The notes under the pieces were generated by a model. That model saw only the letters and a list, made by a program, of their open reading frames with translations. It ran no database searches and had not been told where the DNA came from. DNA of 64,000 bases from Octopus sinensis. Its lineage: Eukaryota. The DNA is taken from assembly GCF_006345805.1 (NCBI RefSeq), contig NC_043009.1:41478001-41542000 (forward strand). Reading direction: 5' to 3'. How positions within the stretch are numbered: the stretch's first letter is position 1; every line of letters starts with the position of its first letter. Positions 26,175-40,035 of the stretch are shown here, in pieces. A program made the translations under genes and the position numbers.

Positions 26175-28244
26175 GCCTTTGCACAGCTTCTAACGCTGGA
26201 GATGTACTACGGTGTCAGCTGTTCACTACCAGTGAACTAAGGTAATACCTCTTAGTTTTCGAGCACCTTCCGGAGTTTTCGAACGGTTCCAAGCAGTGCT
26301 GTTTTCTGCAAGTGCTCCACCCTTATTGCAGCCCCTATTTGTTCCATGTACTTCTCGAGATTTTTATTCACTGTTGATAGAGCTCCGACAATTATTGGTA
26401 CTACTATCACCTTTTTCATTGACCACAACTGCTTTACCTCCCAAGCTAACCTGTCATACCTATCGACTTTTCCTTCTTCCTTATCGCATACCTTGTTGTC
26501 AGTTGGGCATGCTATATCTATGATCCAGCATCGTTTGCTTTCTTTCTCAATTAAGACTATGCCTGGCTTCTTATTCATTATCTCATGGTCGCACTGAATC
26601 ATAAAATCTCACAGGATCTTTGCATTATCATTTTCGATGATGCCTTCGGGTTTGTGGTCGTACCAATATTTTCTTTGTCAAGTCCATACTTGTTGCAAAG
26701 TGTCCAATGGACAAGCCTTGCTATATTGTCATGGCGTCTCTTATATTCCTTCTGGGCTAGTGGCGTACATTGGCTGGTAATATGCTATACAGTTTCACCG
26801 TTTTGTCCACAGATTCTGCACTTATCACTCTCTGATGTGTTGTCTACTCTGTGTTTTATATCATTTGTTCTTAGTGCTTGCTCTTGGGCAGCACAGATTA
26901 GAGCCTTCGTTTCCGGTTTTAAATTACTTTTAATCATCCGCAGTCATCTTTTTTCTTTGTCTGTCTTATCTTCAACATCCCTATGAAATTCTCCATACAT
27001 TTTTTTTGTTTACCCATCTATTTTCAGTTTCATTCGTTTTCAATTGCTTGTACAGTGCTTTATCTTTGCAATCTTTTATCCTACACAAGCCTCACCTTCT
27101 TACTTCTAATAATAGCGGTTCTGTGGCATATTTACATACCATGCTATGTTGTTTTCTTCTGCTCTAATGCTGTGTTCCTCATCCAATAAGTCCTCTTCTC
27201 CCTCTTTTTCTTGGTACAAACAGACTGTGTCACTTTTTGGGTGGCGTGTCCCATATCTAGTTAGCAACTTCCTTGTCTTTTTGTCTGAGCTATTTAGTTC
27301 GTCTACTGTCCATGCGATTACCCCTGCTTCAGATCTAAGGAGTGAGACCGCCCAGGTGTTCATACCTTCAATCTTATTCCGTTCGTTTAATTTCGACTTA
27401 AGGATCAGTCTCAGTCTGCCCAAGTGCTCCACCTTAAATTTTTCTGTCATTTCTTTCTTCATCAATTTATCCATTTCCCAAATCCCCAAGTACTTATAGC
27501 CCGTCTCTTCTATCTGCTTCATAACCTCCCCCGACGGTATCGATAGCCTGTCCATAGATTTGATTTTGCCTCACTTCAATACTAACTGACCACACTTTCT
27601 CAGTCCGAACTTCATTTTGATATCAGTACTGAAAGTATACACCGTATCAACGAGAGAACTGACTTGGGCTTCATCTTTACCGTAAAGTTTGAGATCATCC
27701 ATGAATAACAAATGGTTGGCTTTTGAATACATACCCAACTTTTGCTTTCCTCAGTATCAGTGTCAGTAGTGTCAAGCACAGTACAAAGATCAGTAGGGAC
27801 AGGCAGTCCCCTTGGAAGATGCCCCTCCTGATTTCTGCTGTCCCTAAACGTCTTTCGTATGCTGTCACGTCCATCCTCCAATTCACCATACATTTTTCAA
27901 GCAATCACTCAACATTCGATGCAGTACCAAATAGGTTCATACATTCCATTATCCAAGAGTGTGGGATCATATCGTATGCCTTACGATAATTGATCCATGG
28001 CATGACTAAGTTACTTTTCCTCCTCTTGCAGTCTCTAAGTACAGTTTTGTCTATCAGGAGTTGACCCTTGGTACCTCTGCACTTACGCTTGCAGCCCTTC
28101 TGCTCATGTGGCAGGAGTCCATTTTTTTCCAGATGTTCATACATTGACTCTGCGAGTATTCCAGTCAACAATTTCTACATAAGTGGCAAACAGGATATCG
28201 GCCTGTAATTGTCTACCGTATTGGCTTTTTCGATGTTTTTCAAG

Positions 28245-28247
<3 letters not shown>
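26175..28247 (-). mobile_element. 5'-truncated, decayed R4/Dong-clade non-LTR retrotransposon (RT, CCHC finger, restriction-like endonuclease)
   Basis: Minus-strand peptides include [94 protein letters not shown] and KPGIVL..IIDIACP..KVDRYDRL..VVPIIVGAL. Multiple frameshifts and stops. (ATT)n lies on both sides. Confidence 0.9.
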
Positions 28248-28295
<48 letters not shown>

Positions 28296-28297
<2 letters not shown>

Positions 28298-28999
28298 TCA
28301 TCATCATCATTATCATTATAATTATGACAGTTGGCAGGACGAATCGTTAGCAAACCGCGCAAAATGGTTAGCGGCATTTCAACCATCAAATTCCACCAAT
28401 GTTCACTCTCATCCATTCGGGGTCGATCAAATAAGTACCAGTCACGTACTGGGGTCGATGTGAACGACTTCCCCTCCCCCAACAAAATTTCAGACCTTGT
28501 GCCCGTTAGTAGAAAGTATTATTATTAGTGTTGTTGTTGGTGGTGGTGGTGTTGTTATTATTATTAATCATTATTATTATTATTGTTGTTGTGTTGTTGT
28601 TATTGTTGTTGTTGTTGTTGTTATTATATTATTACTATTATTATTATTATCATCATCATCATATTATCATATAATTATGACAGTTGGCAGGACGATCGTT
28701 AGCAAACCGCGCAAAATGGTTAGCGGCATTTCAACCATCAAATTCCACCAATGTTCACTCTCATCCATTCGGGGTCGATCAAATAAGTACCAGTCACGTA
28801 CTGGGGTCGATGTGAACGACTTCCCCTCCCCCAACAAAATTTCAGACCTTGTGCCCGTTAGTAGAAAGTATTATTATTAGTGTTGTTGTTGGTGGTGGTG
28901 GTGTTGTTATTATTATTAATCATTATTATTATTATTGTTGTTGTTGTTGTTGTTATTGTTGTTGTTGTTGTTGTTGTTATTATTATTATTACTATTATT

Positions 29000-29043
<44 letters not shown>

Positions 29044-29050
29044 TATTATT
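28296..29050. repeat. Tandem duplication (period ~353 bp) of a family A SINE plus trinucleotide tract
   Basis: CAGTTGGCAGGACG at 28328 and 28681. The SINE parts are identical apart from 1-nt indels. Confidence 0.92.
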
Positions 29051-29592
29051 TTATTCTATTCTGTTTTATATTACATTTACTGTTTTTGCTATGATTAATG
29101 AGGAAGAAATCCTAACAGGTCATTCAACGTCTGAGGTATTGATTTTAAGTGGAGTATCATTAGAATTTGTGCGGATTTTTTACCACGTATGTTATCTCAT
29201 TGGATGAGATAACTTACAGACATCAGATAAGATGCTAAAGAGCGCCATGAAGAAGCGGTGTGATAAATGTCAATTTCGTAACAAACACTACAGATTCATC
29301 GGGTCACATCGATAGATGAAGGGTTAATCGATGAACACTGACATAAAATTATTCTATTAAGGAGATGACAAAAGCTTTCAAAGTTTATGTAAATATTTCA
29401 GAGCTTGATCTTGTCAATATTTCAATATCTCAACTGAGGAAGCTGTTGTTATAATTTGTTACGACATTATAATATCAGCGTCTTTATACAGAATTAGTTC
29501 AACTTGAAAGAAATTTTCACCTTCTGACCATTGAAGTCTTTCAGAAAAATTTTTTCCTTCTCATATAAATTGTATATGTATACACGCACACG

Positions 29593-29642
<50 letters not shown>

Positions 29643-29827
29643 ACACACACACACACCACACAAGCACGCGTGTAGACGAAGGCACGCATCTGCAAACACA
29701 TGTATCTGCAAACACATGCATCTGCAAACACGTGTGCATACACAAATGTTTACGGGTATGTTCATGTTCGTATATATGTATCTATATCTATCTATCTGTA
29801 TATGTGTGTGTGTATACATATACACAT

Positions 29828-29866
<39 letters not shown>

Positions 29867-30074
29867 TAAATTAGAGACAAACCACTATTAGGCAAATCAA
29901 ACAATGAAAAACTGAAGCCAATACATAAGATTAATTTATATTATTTAAATATATAACAAAATTATTAAAAAATATAATAATATCACACAATATAATATAA
30001 TATTTTACTATAAAATTGTATTCAATCCAAATCTGATTTTTCCCTGTAAGTTTGGATTTATTCCCTAATATTAT

Positions 30075-30106
<32 letters not shown>

Positions 30107-30222
30107 GTATGTATGCGTATTTAATCGGACTGAATATTTTCATATTTGAACGTTTCAACATCAAGAAGTGAATACCACAAACACATACATGCATACGTAT
30201 ATATGTACAAACATACACACAC

Positions 30223-30258
<36 letters not shown>

Positions 30259-30262
30259 ACAC

Positions 30263-30320
<58 letters not shown>

Positions 30321-30664
30321 AACACACACACACACACTCAGACAGACAGAAAGGATGTAATCGAAACCGAAAATTTGAGTTTACGGAACGCAGAAACAGT
30401 AGTTATATATCACTCAATGAAACACACCAAGGTCTCACAGTGCAGGGAAACCGTTATATAACCAAATACCTGCTTAACTTGGAGAACTACGTTGCGTGGA
30501 AACAATTGTAGTAATTTCAAATAAATATTCCTCTGTACTCCTTGTTGACTCCAACTTATTCAGTTATATGTATGTATGTAGTAATATTATAATAATAATA
30601 GTAGAGAATGGTGTGAATAACGTCTTTCACTATTGAATTGCCTAATAGAGGTTTTTCGCTAAAT

Positions 30665-30710
<46 letters not shown>

Positions 30711-31289
30711 TATTATTTTGCACATTTAAGATATATGTTAAGTTGATATCTTAATGGAAATATTTAGCGTTCACATAGGTGCATGTTTGTGTGTTAGTGC
30801 CTTTATACACACAGAAACACACACTCACATATATACACATGTTTTTTTAAATGCATAATGTATCATGACATGGAAAGGCATGTGTCGTTCGAGTTGATTG
30901 CATGTGTCGTTCGGGCTGATTGCATTCATAGCAAAAAAATGTTTTCATACATATTGTTAATAAGGAGAATATTTTTCCGTGAAATTTCCACAGCGATGGT
31001 CTTTCCACCCACGAGTGTACACAAATGTGTTAAATATGTTTGCTATATTTGTACACAACTACATTTCAATCAGTTGCTACTTCATGCGTCCAAAAATGTA
31101 CTTTATGTCGTTTAATTAGAACGGCTGTACTTAGTGGGATGTGATCAATTGATTTAATACCGTGGCTGACGAAGCGCAACGACACAGAAACACATGACAT
31201 CATTCACAGCCTAGAAGTGCTTTAAGAGGTTATATATAAAGAGAATTTTTTCTCGAGAAAATAGGAGTAAAAATCTGTACAGAGGAAAA

Positions 31290-31515
31290 TGTTGCGAGAT
31301 AGCATCTAGCCAACACAAGCAAGTTTGAAAAGACCAGAGCAGCTTCGATGGATGAGAAACACTGTAGAAAGAAAGAGCCACGGTCACAAGTACAACCTTC
31401 TTTTGACCAAAGCCTACAAATTTGTCCCAATTGTGCCAGAGCCTGTCATTGGATAGGTTTCATACCGACATTGAGGAGTTTGATATTCCCTCTCATGGTC
31501 TTCAGACAAGAAAAC
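31290..31515 (+). mobile_element. RTE-clade LINE extreme 3' fragment
   Basis: FEKTRAASMDEKHCRKKE...ICPNCARACH-WIGF..LR resembles the RTE C-terminus FE..R....KR..RK...CP.C.R....IGL.SH.R. Confidence 0.6.
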
Positions 31516-31648
31516 CTGTCATCATATAAATACACATTGATGTATGTATGTACGAAGGTATCTCTGAATGTGTGTGTGTGTGTCAGAGTGTGTGTGTATG
31601 TGTGTGTGTGTGAGTGTGTGTGCGTGTATGTATATGTGTATACAAGTT

Positions 31649-31703
<55 letters not shown>

Positions 31704-31711
31704 TATAAGAT

Positions 31712-32020
31712 ATATTATATTAAATTAGAGATAAAACCACTATTAGGCAAATCATACAATGAAAAACTTAAGCCAATACATAAGATTAATTAATTTATAT
31801 TATTTTAAATATATATCAAAATTATTAAAAATATATATATATTTAAAAAAATATAAATGAATTAATCTTATGTATTGGCTTAAGTTTTTCATTGTATGTT
31901 TTGCCTAATAGTGGTTTTATCTCTAATTTAATATAATATAATATTTTACTATAAAATTGGATTTAATCCTAAATTTGATTTTTCCCTGTAAGTTTGGATT
32001 TATTCCCTAATATTTTATTA
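31712..32020. repeat. (TA)n-flanked element with ~78-bp inverted arms plus tail; second copy with one arm at ~29860-30075
   Basis: ~31713-31790 versus ~31861-31938 are near-perfect inverted arms. The tail TTTTTCCCTGTAAGTTTGGATTTATTCCCTAATA is shared by both copies. Confidence 0.88.
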
Positions 32021-32454
32021 TATATATATCACACACACACTCACACACACACACACACACACGTACGCACGCACACACACACACACACACACACACAACA
32101 CACACACACACACACAGAGTCTACAGGTGATAAGGTTTCTGCTAGAAAAGTTGGAGTCGACATCATTTCATGTTTGATTATTATTTTGGAAGCCTTCAGG
32201 CTAAAAAGCTAACTTTTACTTTTCTACGTTAGGCAACACGCACAAACAATCACGCACACACGCACACACACACACACACTGACGCACACACATAAGCACA
32301 CATATTTTATGTGTAAATGTATATAAGTGTGTGTATAAGCAGATAGTTATACGTATTTGTATCGGTATATACACACATTATATGCATATGAAAACCATAT
32401 ATACACATGCGATTTATCTGTCTGTCTATCTGTTTAATTATCTATCTATATATC

Positions 32455-32507
<53 letters not shown>

Positions 32508-33300
32508 CTATCTATCTATCTATCTATACACACACACACTCACACACATATACATATATATATATATAATCTGTCTATCTATCTATATATATATGTATGT
32601 AAGCGTGTGTGTGTGTGTATGTGTGCGCATGTGTATATAGAATCATAAAAAGAGCGGGAAAATGTACAATGAATAACACGAAATTCTAAAAAAATTAGGG
32701 TTAGAGAAAGAGAAAGTGGCAGACAGACAAATTGTTAGAGTGAGAGTAGGGGAGAGGGTGAGAGAGAGAGAAATGAAAGTTGTGTGTGTGTGTGTGTGTT
32801 GTGCATGTGTGTGTGTGCATGTTTGTGTGTATGTGTGTATGTGTGAACGTGCGTTGAGACAATCTGCTCGGAAAACAGAGTGACCCCCAACTGATAGATA
32901 TGTTAAATATAGAAGATAAAGACGTGTGGTAATGTTGAAGTTCATGTTGTGCCCTTAGGCAATGAGCTTTGTTTGCCGCAGTCTACTCAGCAGGACATTA
33001 AGGAACTAGCGTCCTACCCAGGGGGAGATATTCTCTCATCTATAAAACCACGTCGTAAAGAGGAGATAAGCATTCCTTGTATGAGTCATCTAAGTTTTGG
33101 GAAAGAATCATGGAAGTACACACACGTATGCACTCTCATGCGCAACATTTACATACACATTTGCTGAAATGCACATGCATGCATGCATACATAAATACAT
33201 ACACATGCATTTAAAAGTACTTTAAAAGTACTTACACATATATTTACAATCATCCAATTCAATCTCCGCACGCACACACACACACACGCACACACATACC

Positions 33301-33341
<41 letters not shown>

Positions 33342-33637
33342 CACACACACACACACACATATATTATATAGATATAGATAGATAGATATATAAAATGTAT
33401 ATATATATATATATATAATATATGTACTGGAGCAATCTCGAGTATAACCAGCCGAAATTGCAAAGATAATCTGGAACTCGACTAAGGAAAGAAAACTCCG
33501 AATGACCCTGTCCTTGTTTACTTCGTTTTGTCCATCTGGATGTTTTGTTGTCCCTTTTTTGTATCACCTGTCTGGATATTTTGCGTTCTTGTCCCATTTT
33601 GTATTATATATATATATATATTTATAGATATATACAT

Positions 33638-33702
<65 letters not shown>

Positions 33703-33888
33703 AATAGGTAGATAGATGTGTATATATATATAGATATATATGTGTGTGTGTATATATATATGTATTATATATATATGCATGTATGTATACTCATAAACAC
33801 ACTGAAACGCACAAGCATACATACATGCAAAAAATATGTGTGTGTGTATATATATATACACACAAATAACAATATATATATTATAATG

Positions 33889-33920
<32 letters not shown>

Positions 33921-34151
33921 ATAAACACACATACATGTATGCATATATAGGTTTACGCGAGCTAACACACGCTCGCACACAGACACACATACACACAGTC
34001 CGACAATGAAGATTCACTTGATCGATCAATGAAATTATCTGCTTCAGAAATTACGTCGATATGGCTGAGTATTCCTGAAACACCTGGCAGAATCGGCGTG
34101 TATGACACAGTGTATGACAACGCTGTGTCATTTGAATCACGACTAACGATT

Positions 34152-34571
34152 TACTCTTTACTCTTTTACTCTTTTACTTGTTTCAGTCATTTGACTGCGG
34201 TCATGCTGGAGCACCGCCTTTAGTCGAGCAAATCGACCCGGGACTTATCTTGTAAGCCCAGTACTTATTCTATCGGTCTCTTTTGCCGAACCGCTAAGTG
34301 ACGGGGACGTAAACACACCAGCATCGGTTGTCAAGCAATGCTAGGGGGACAAACACAGACACACAAACACACATACACACATATATATATATATATATAC
34401 ATATATACGACAGGCTTCTTTCAGTTTCCGTACCAAATCCACTCACAAGGCATTGGTCGGCCCGGGGCTATAGCAGAAGACACTTGCCCAAGATGCCACT
34501 CAGTGGGACTGAACCCGGAACCATGTGGTTGGTTAGCAAGACTACTTACCACACAGCCACTCCTGCGCCTA
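34152..34571 (-). mobile_element. SINE family B, full length
   Basis: Head AGGCGCAGGAGTGGCTGTGTGGTAAG, B box GGTTCAGTCCC, tail (GTAAAAGA)n. Confidence 0.88.
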
Positions 34572-34983
34572 TTTATTTATTTTCTTCTCCAAAAACTTGT
34601 TTTTTCTTGTTATTGTTGTCCGTGTAACAGCACTTATGGCAGCCATTATCAAACAGAAGAATAGTGATCGAAGACATTCCATACACGACAATCCCGTTTT
34701 TTTTTTTTTATAGAGTTGGTTGCGGCAGGAGATCAATGCCTAACTACAACGAGGCGAGCCGGCAGAATCGTTAGCATGTCGGACGAAATGCATACTGCCA
34801 TGTCTTCCGAATTTTTACGTTCTGAGTTCAAATCCCATTGAGGTCAACTTTGGTGTCGGTAATAAGTACCAGTCAAGAACTGGGGTTGATGCAATCGACT
34901 GGGTTGATAAAATAAGTACCAGCCAAATGTATTCGATTCATCCCCTCCCCCAAAATTGTTGCCCTTGTGGCAAAATTTGAAAC

Positions 34984-35034
<51 letters not shown>

Positions 35035-35236
35035 TATTATTATCATCATTATCATCCTCATCTTTTCCGGTTGTTATTCTTCTCAGTATTTTGAAGATGA
35101 TCTAAGTTTTCCATAATTAGATCAAGTTTGAACCGATGTTTTTCTTTCAACAATATACAAGTATTAAAATAGCGTTTTTACTATTAGATAATTAGCGTGG
35201 CAGACCACTTTACATACGACGTTTCCTGTTATTGTG

Positions 35237-35280
<44 letters not shown>

Positions 35281-36262
35281 CACATCATATATGTATATAC
35301 TTTAAAGCCCATGTCTGTTACTAAAACACACCCTATTAAGTATATATTTTCATCGATTGTCTTGTCTGCGAAGTTTCGGTGTGTCTAGATGTCAAAGCGG
35401 TCGTGTGCCATTTGGCGTCTCCTCTCATCGTAATGAGATCTCGAATCTTCTTAATCTTCAAGTGTTGACATTGGACAACTTCACTGTGATAATTTATGCA
35501 CTCCAGTATCAAACTAACTGGATCCAGTCGCTTGTAACTCCGCCGATACTTACTTATGGGCGCCAACGCCGCCGCCGCCTCCAGCTCCGTTATTATTTAA
35601 CTATTGTCTCCACCACCACCACCACCACCACCACCTCACGACTACCATCATCACAACTGCCATCTCTACCACAACTCTTATCACCATCATCACGACCGTT
35701 AACAGCACCACCGCCGCCACCACCATCACTACTACTACAATCATAACTCCCAAAACAAGGACCTGCCACACCCCACTTCTACTACTACTACTACTACTAC
35801 TGCTGCCACTATCACTAACACAAACACCACACCACCACCAACCAACAGCAACAGCAACAAGAACAACAACAAGAACGACTACGACAGTAATAGCTAGAAC
35901 AACAACACAACTACCTCCATTACTACCACCACCACCATCTCATCACTTATCGGTACTACACAGCCACTGTTACCTCTACCACCTCTACCACTGACATCAA
36001 CCCCACCACCACCATCAACAACAACAGCAATAGCATAAGCAGCTTTATCCCCACCACCACCAAACCATGAAGACTTCACTCCACCCCAATTATCATCACC
36101 CCATACAACCCACGCCATATATATTATATATATATATATATATATATTATATATGTGGTATATATGTTCGTATATATATATATATGTGTGTTGTATATAT
36201 GTATATTATATATATATACATGTGTATATATACATACATGTGTATATATACATATGTATGTA

Positions 36263-36308
<46 letters not shown>

Positions 36309-36565
36309 CGACGTGCTTCTTTCAGTTTCAGTCTACGAAATCCACTGACAGGGCTTGGTCGGCCCGAGGCTATAGCAGATGACACTTGCCCAAGGTGTCA
36401 CGCAGTGGGATCGGACCCGGAATCATATGTGCGGTGGGGAAGCAAGCTTCTTACTACACCGCCACGCTTGCGTATATACAAATTAAACAGATATGATCTA
36501 AGAGAAATAATTCGGAGCGGCCAGTGACACGTAATTGAATAACAGACAGATCTTTATTTTGGGGG

Positions 36566-36810
36566 AGGCACGTAGCTTAGTGTTGTCACACTTATGATTG
36601 AAAGATTGTGGTTTCGATTCCTTGATCGGGCGACCAGTTGTGCTCTTGAGTAAAACACTTCATTTCACATTCCACCAGTCCACTCAACTGGCAAAAATGA
36701 GTAATCCGGCGACGGACTGGCGTCCGATCCAGGTGGGGAATGTGTACGCCATACCATAGAAACCAGGAAACCGGCCCTTATGAGTCGACATGACTCCAGA
36801 AGGTAACTGT
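36566..36810 (+). mobile_element. Family D-type SINE with tail type 3 (also ~8445-8600)
   Basis: CORE-like block, then GCGACGGACTGGCGTCCGATCCAGGTGGGGAA...GAAACCGGCCCTTATGAG. Confidence 0.72.
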
Positions 36811-37618
36811 GTTTCAAAAATTCCTTACCTTTTACCTTTTACTCGTTTCTGTCATTAGACTGCAGCCATGCTGGTGCAACACGTTGAAAGCTTTTAGTTG
36901 AACGAATGGACCACAGTACATTTTTTTAAAAGCATTTGAAAGCTTAGTGCTTATTCTATGGGGTGTCCTTTGCAGAACTGTTAAGTTAAGAGGTCGCAAG
37001 CAGGCAATCACCGGTTATCGAGCAGTAACTGGGAACAAACTCACATCGTCTAGAATTAAAAAAATGTTTGTAATCAATAATTTATGCTCTACGGTAGTTG
37101 ATACACCTGTATATACCTACATTGACCAAATTCTTGCAACTGGTCGCTCTGGATTTTTCTCTTAGCTCATTTTGCATGAATAGGTGAGAGTAGACTTGGT
37201 GATCTAGATGGTCACCTCAGGCCGCACCCATGTGGACACAGGCTATACTAATAATTAAGAGGGAAACTTTCTCACGTAGAAACATTAGTTTCACAGAAAA
37301 TGAAAACCAGAAGGTTACCTTTAGTCGCGGGGAGTTCTAAATATCACATTTGTTCCACAGTTTACAGCTGTTTCATTGACGTACGGTCGACAAAGCATAT
37401 ATAACATGCATGAGGACATGGAAAGGAGTAACGACAATGTCATGTCGATTATATAATACGTATTATATAATATAATGACTACGGACTCGTAATTATAAAC
37501 TGCGTTTTATAAGAATCATTGCTCTCGTCCATGCATTCATGGATGTAAGATTTGGCATCCACATGTTCTCGAAACAACTGTAAACTGTTGAATAGCTGTA
37601 ATAACAATTCCTTTCTTC

Positions 37619-37619
<1 letters not shown>

Positions 37620-37660
<41 letters not shown>

Positions 37661-38000
37661 TTATATAATTTCTCTATTACATAATATTGAGGTCTCTTTC
37701 TTTCTTTGTTATCTTACCGTTTTTACCAATATATATTATATATATATATATATATGCATATATGTGTATATATATATGTATATATATTATGAATATATGT
37801 AATATATATATATGTGAATATATGTATATATACGTATATATGTATATATATATTGTATATATATATGTATATATATATGTACACATATGTATATATATGT
37901 ACATATATGTATATATATAATACTGTATATATATGTACATATATGTATATATAGACATACATATATATATATATATATATACACATATATATATACATTA

Positions 38001-38035
<35 letters not shown>

Positions 38036-38106
38036 CATACATATATATATATTATATACACATATATATATACATATATATATAAATTATACACATATAT
38101 ATATAC

Positions 38107-38139
<33 letters not shown>

Positions 38140-38260
38140 CTATATATACATTATATATATATACATATATATAATACATATATATACATATATATATTAC
38201 ATATATATTACATATATATACATATATATATATACATATATATACATATATATATATAAC

Positions 38261-38313
<53 letters not shown>

Positions 38314-38708
38314 TGCACACATATAGCGTTGTAGTATATTGTGCAACTTAATGTTAAGTACGTATAAACAATCGTATATGTAAAGTAGTGTATTATGGAT
38401 TATAATGTAATGGGATAATTCAGTTATAATGAGGTTGTAATTAACCGTGATATGTAGACGTGTGTGGAAAACAAACAAGTGGTTACTCAAAAATTTGATC
38501 TGAATTCTTACACTTCATATTTTATTCACACAAATCCACACACGAGCTCGCGAGTACACACACACATGCCGCGCACTCACGCATATGTATATTGCATACA
38601 CATACGTGTACCCACTAACTCACACATACATATATACATATATGCATAAAAACACATATATATACACATAATACATACATGTGTACATATACATACATAC
38701 GTGTGTGC

Positions 38709-38748
<40 letters not shown>

Positions 38749-38768
38749 GTTTGCATACCAATATATAA

Positions 38769-38817
<49 letters not shown>

Positions 38818-38941
38818 CATACATACATATACGCGTATAAATGGTATGTGTCTATGTGGGAACCACTAGAGAGAAATTTGTGTATCCCACAAGTAAACAA
38901 GAGAGGGGGCGGAAAGGAAAGAGACAGGGTGATTGTATGAA

Positions 38942-38998
<57 letters not shown>

Positions 38999-39018
38999 TT
39001 GTGCATGAGTGAGTGAGT

Positions 39019-39055
<37 letters not shown>

Positions 39056-39320
39056 TGAGAAAAGGAGGAAGAGAGCTAAGTGTGGTGATGGTAAGAGGTA
39101 GCGATAGATAGAGAGATAAACATTGAATAACTTTGATTCAACAGTATGTATAGTGATAAGGTGATAACAACCATCTGGTTGCTACACACTTACCCTTGGG
39201 AAAATATGATGGATGATGATGATGATGAAGATAAAGATGATGATGATGATGATGATGATAGTGCCGGAGGTGATAGTGCTGCTGCTGATGGTGGTGGTGG
39301 CGGTTGTGATGATTATGATG

Positions 39321-39352
<32 letters not shown>

Positions 39353-39711
39353 GATGTTGATGATGATGATGTTGATGATGATGTCGATGACTGTGACGAA
39401 GATGATGCCGGTGGTAGTGGTGGTTGGGGTGGCGATGGTGGCGAGAGTGTGGGGAAGTGGTTGTGATGATGAGGATGATGACGGGGGATAATAATGATGA
39501 TGACGGTGATGATGACCTGATGCAGGAAGAAACTGCAAGGAAAACATGTAGGCAACACAAATGTAGATCTACTAATATAGGCCTATATATATGTGTGTGC
39601 ATATACGAGTGTACGTATGAAGCATGTCTGTGTATTATTATTGCAGTTTATATATATATATATACATACATATATATATATACATTATATATATATATAT
39701 ATTATACATAG

Positions 39712-39748
<37 letters not shown>

Positions 39749-39751
39749 ACA

Positions 39752-39792
<41 letters not shown>

Positions 39793-39816
39793 TATAATAT
39801 ATATATAATATAATAT

Positions 39817-39847
<31 letters not shown>

Positions 39848-39915
39848 TATACATATATATATATATATCTATATACATATATATATATACATATATATAA
39901 CATAGATATATATAC

Positions 39916-39974
<59 letters not shown>

Positions 39975-40035
39975 CCATATATTATATAATATTATTATAT
40001 AATATATATACATATATATATATAATATATAATAT
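37620..40035. repeat. Large degenerate (TA)n/(CA)n/(GA)n microsatellite-rich zone
   Basis: Directly visible. Comparable (TA)n fields at 10290-10736, 23880-24325 and 55440-55800. Confidence 0.95.

Noticed and set aside
30470-30515. Complete hammerhead in the 30400-30560 element
   Set aside because: The 3' half GAAACAATTGTA and a stem II are present but the 5' core reads TTGGAGA; kept only as a motif instance.
35336-35746. Possible host exon (ORFs 35357-35746 + and 35336-35566 -)
   Set aside because: No recognisable domain, it runs into a (CAC)n tract and I see no convincing splice pair; cannot be excluded without RNA data.
39146-39466. Asp-rich ORF resembling an acidic biomineral protein
   Set aside because: It is a (GAT)n/(GGT)n microsatellite with no signal peptide or splice evidence; similar tracts occur elsewhere in either orientation.
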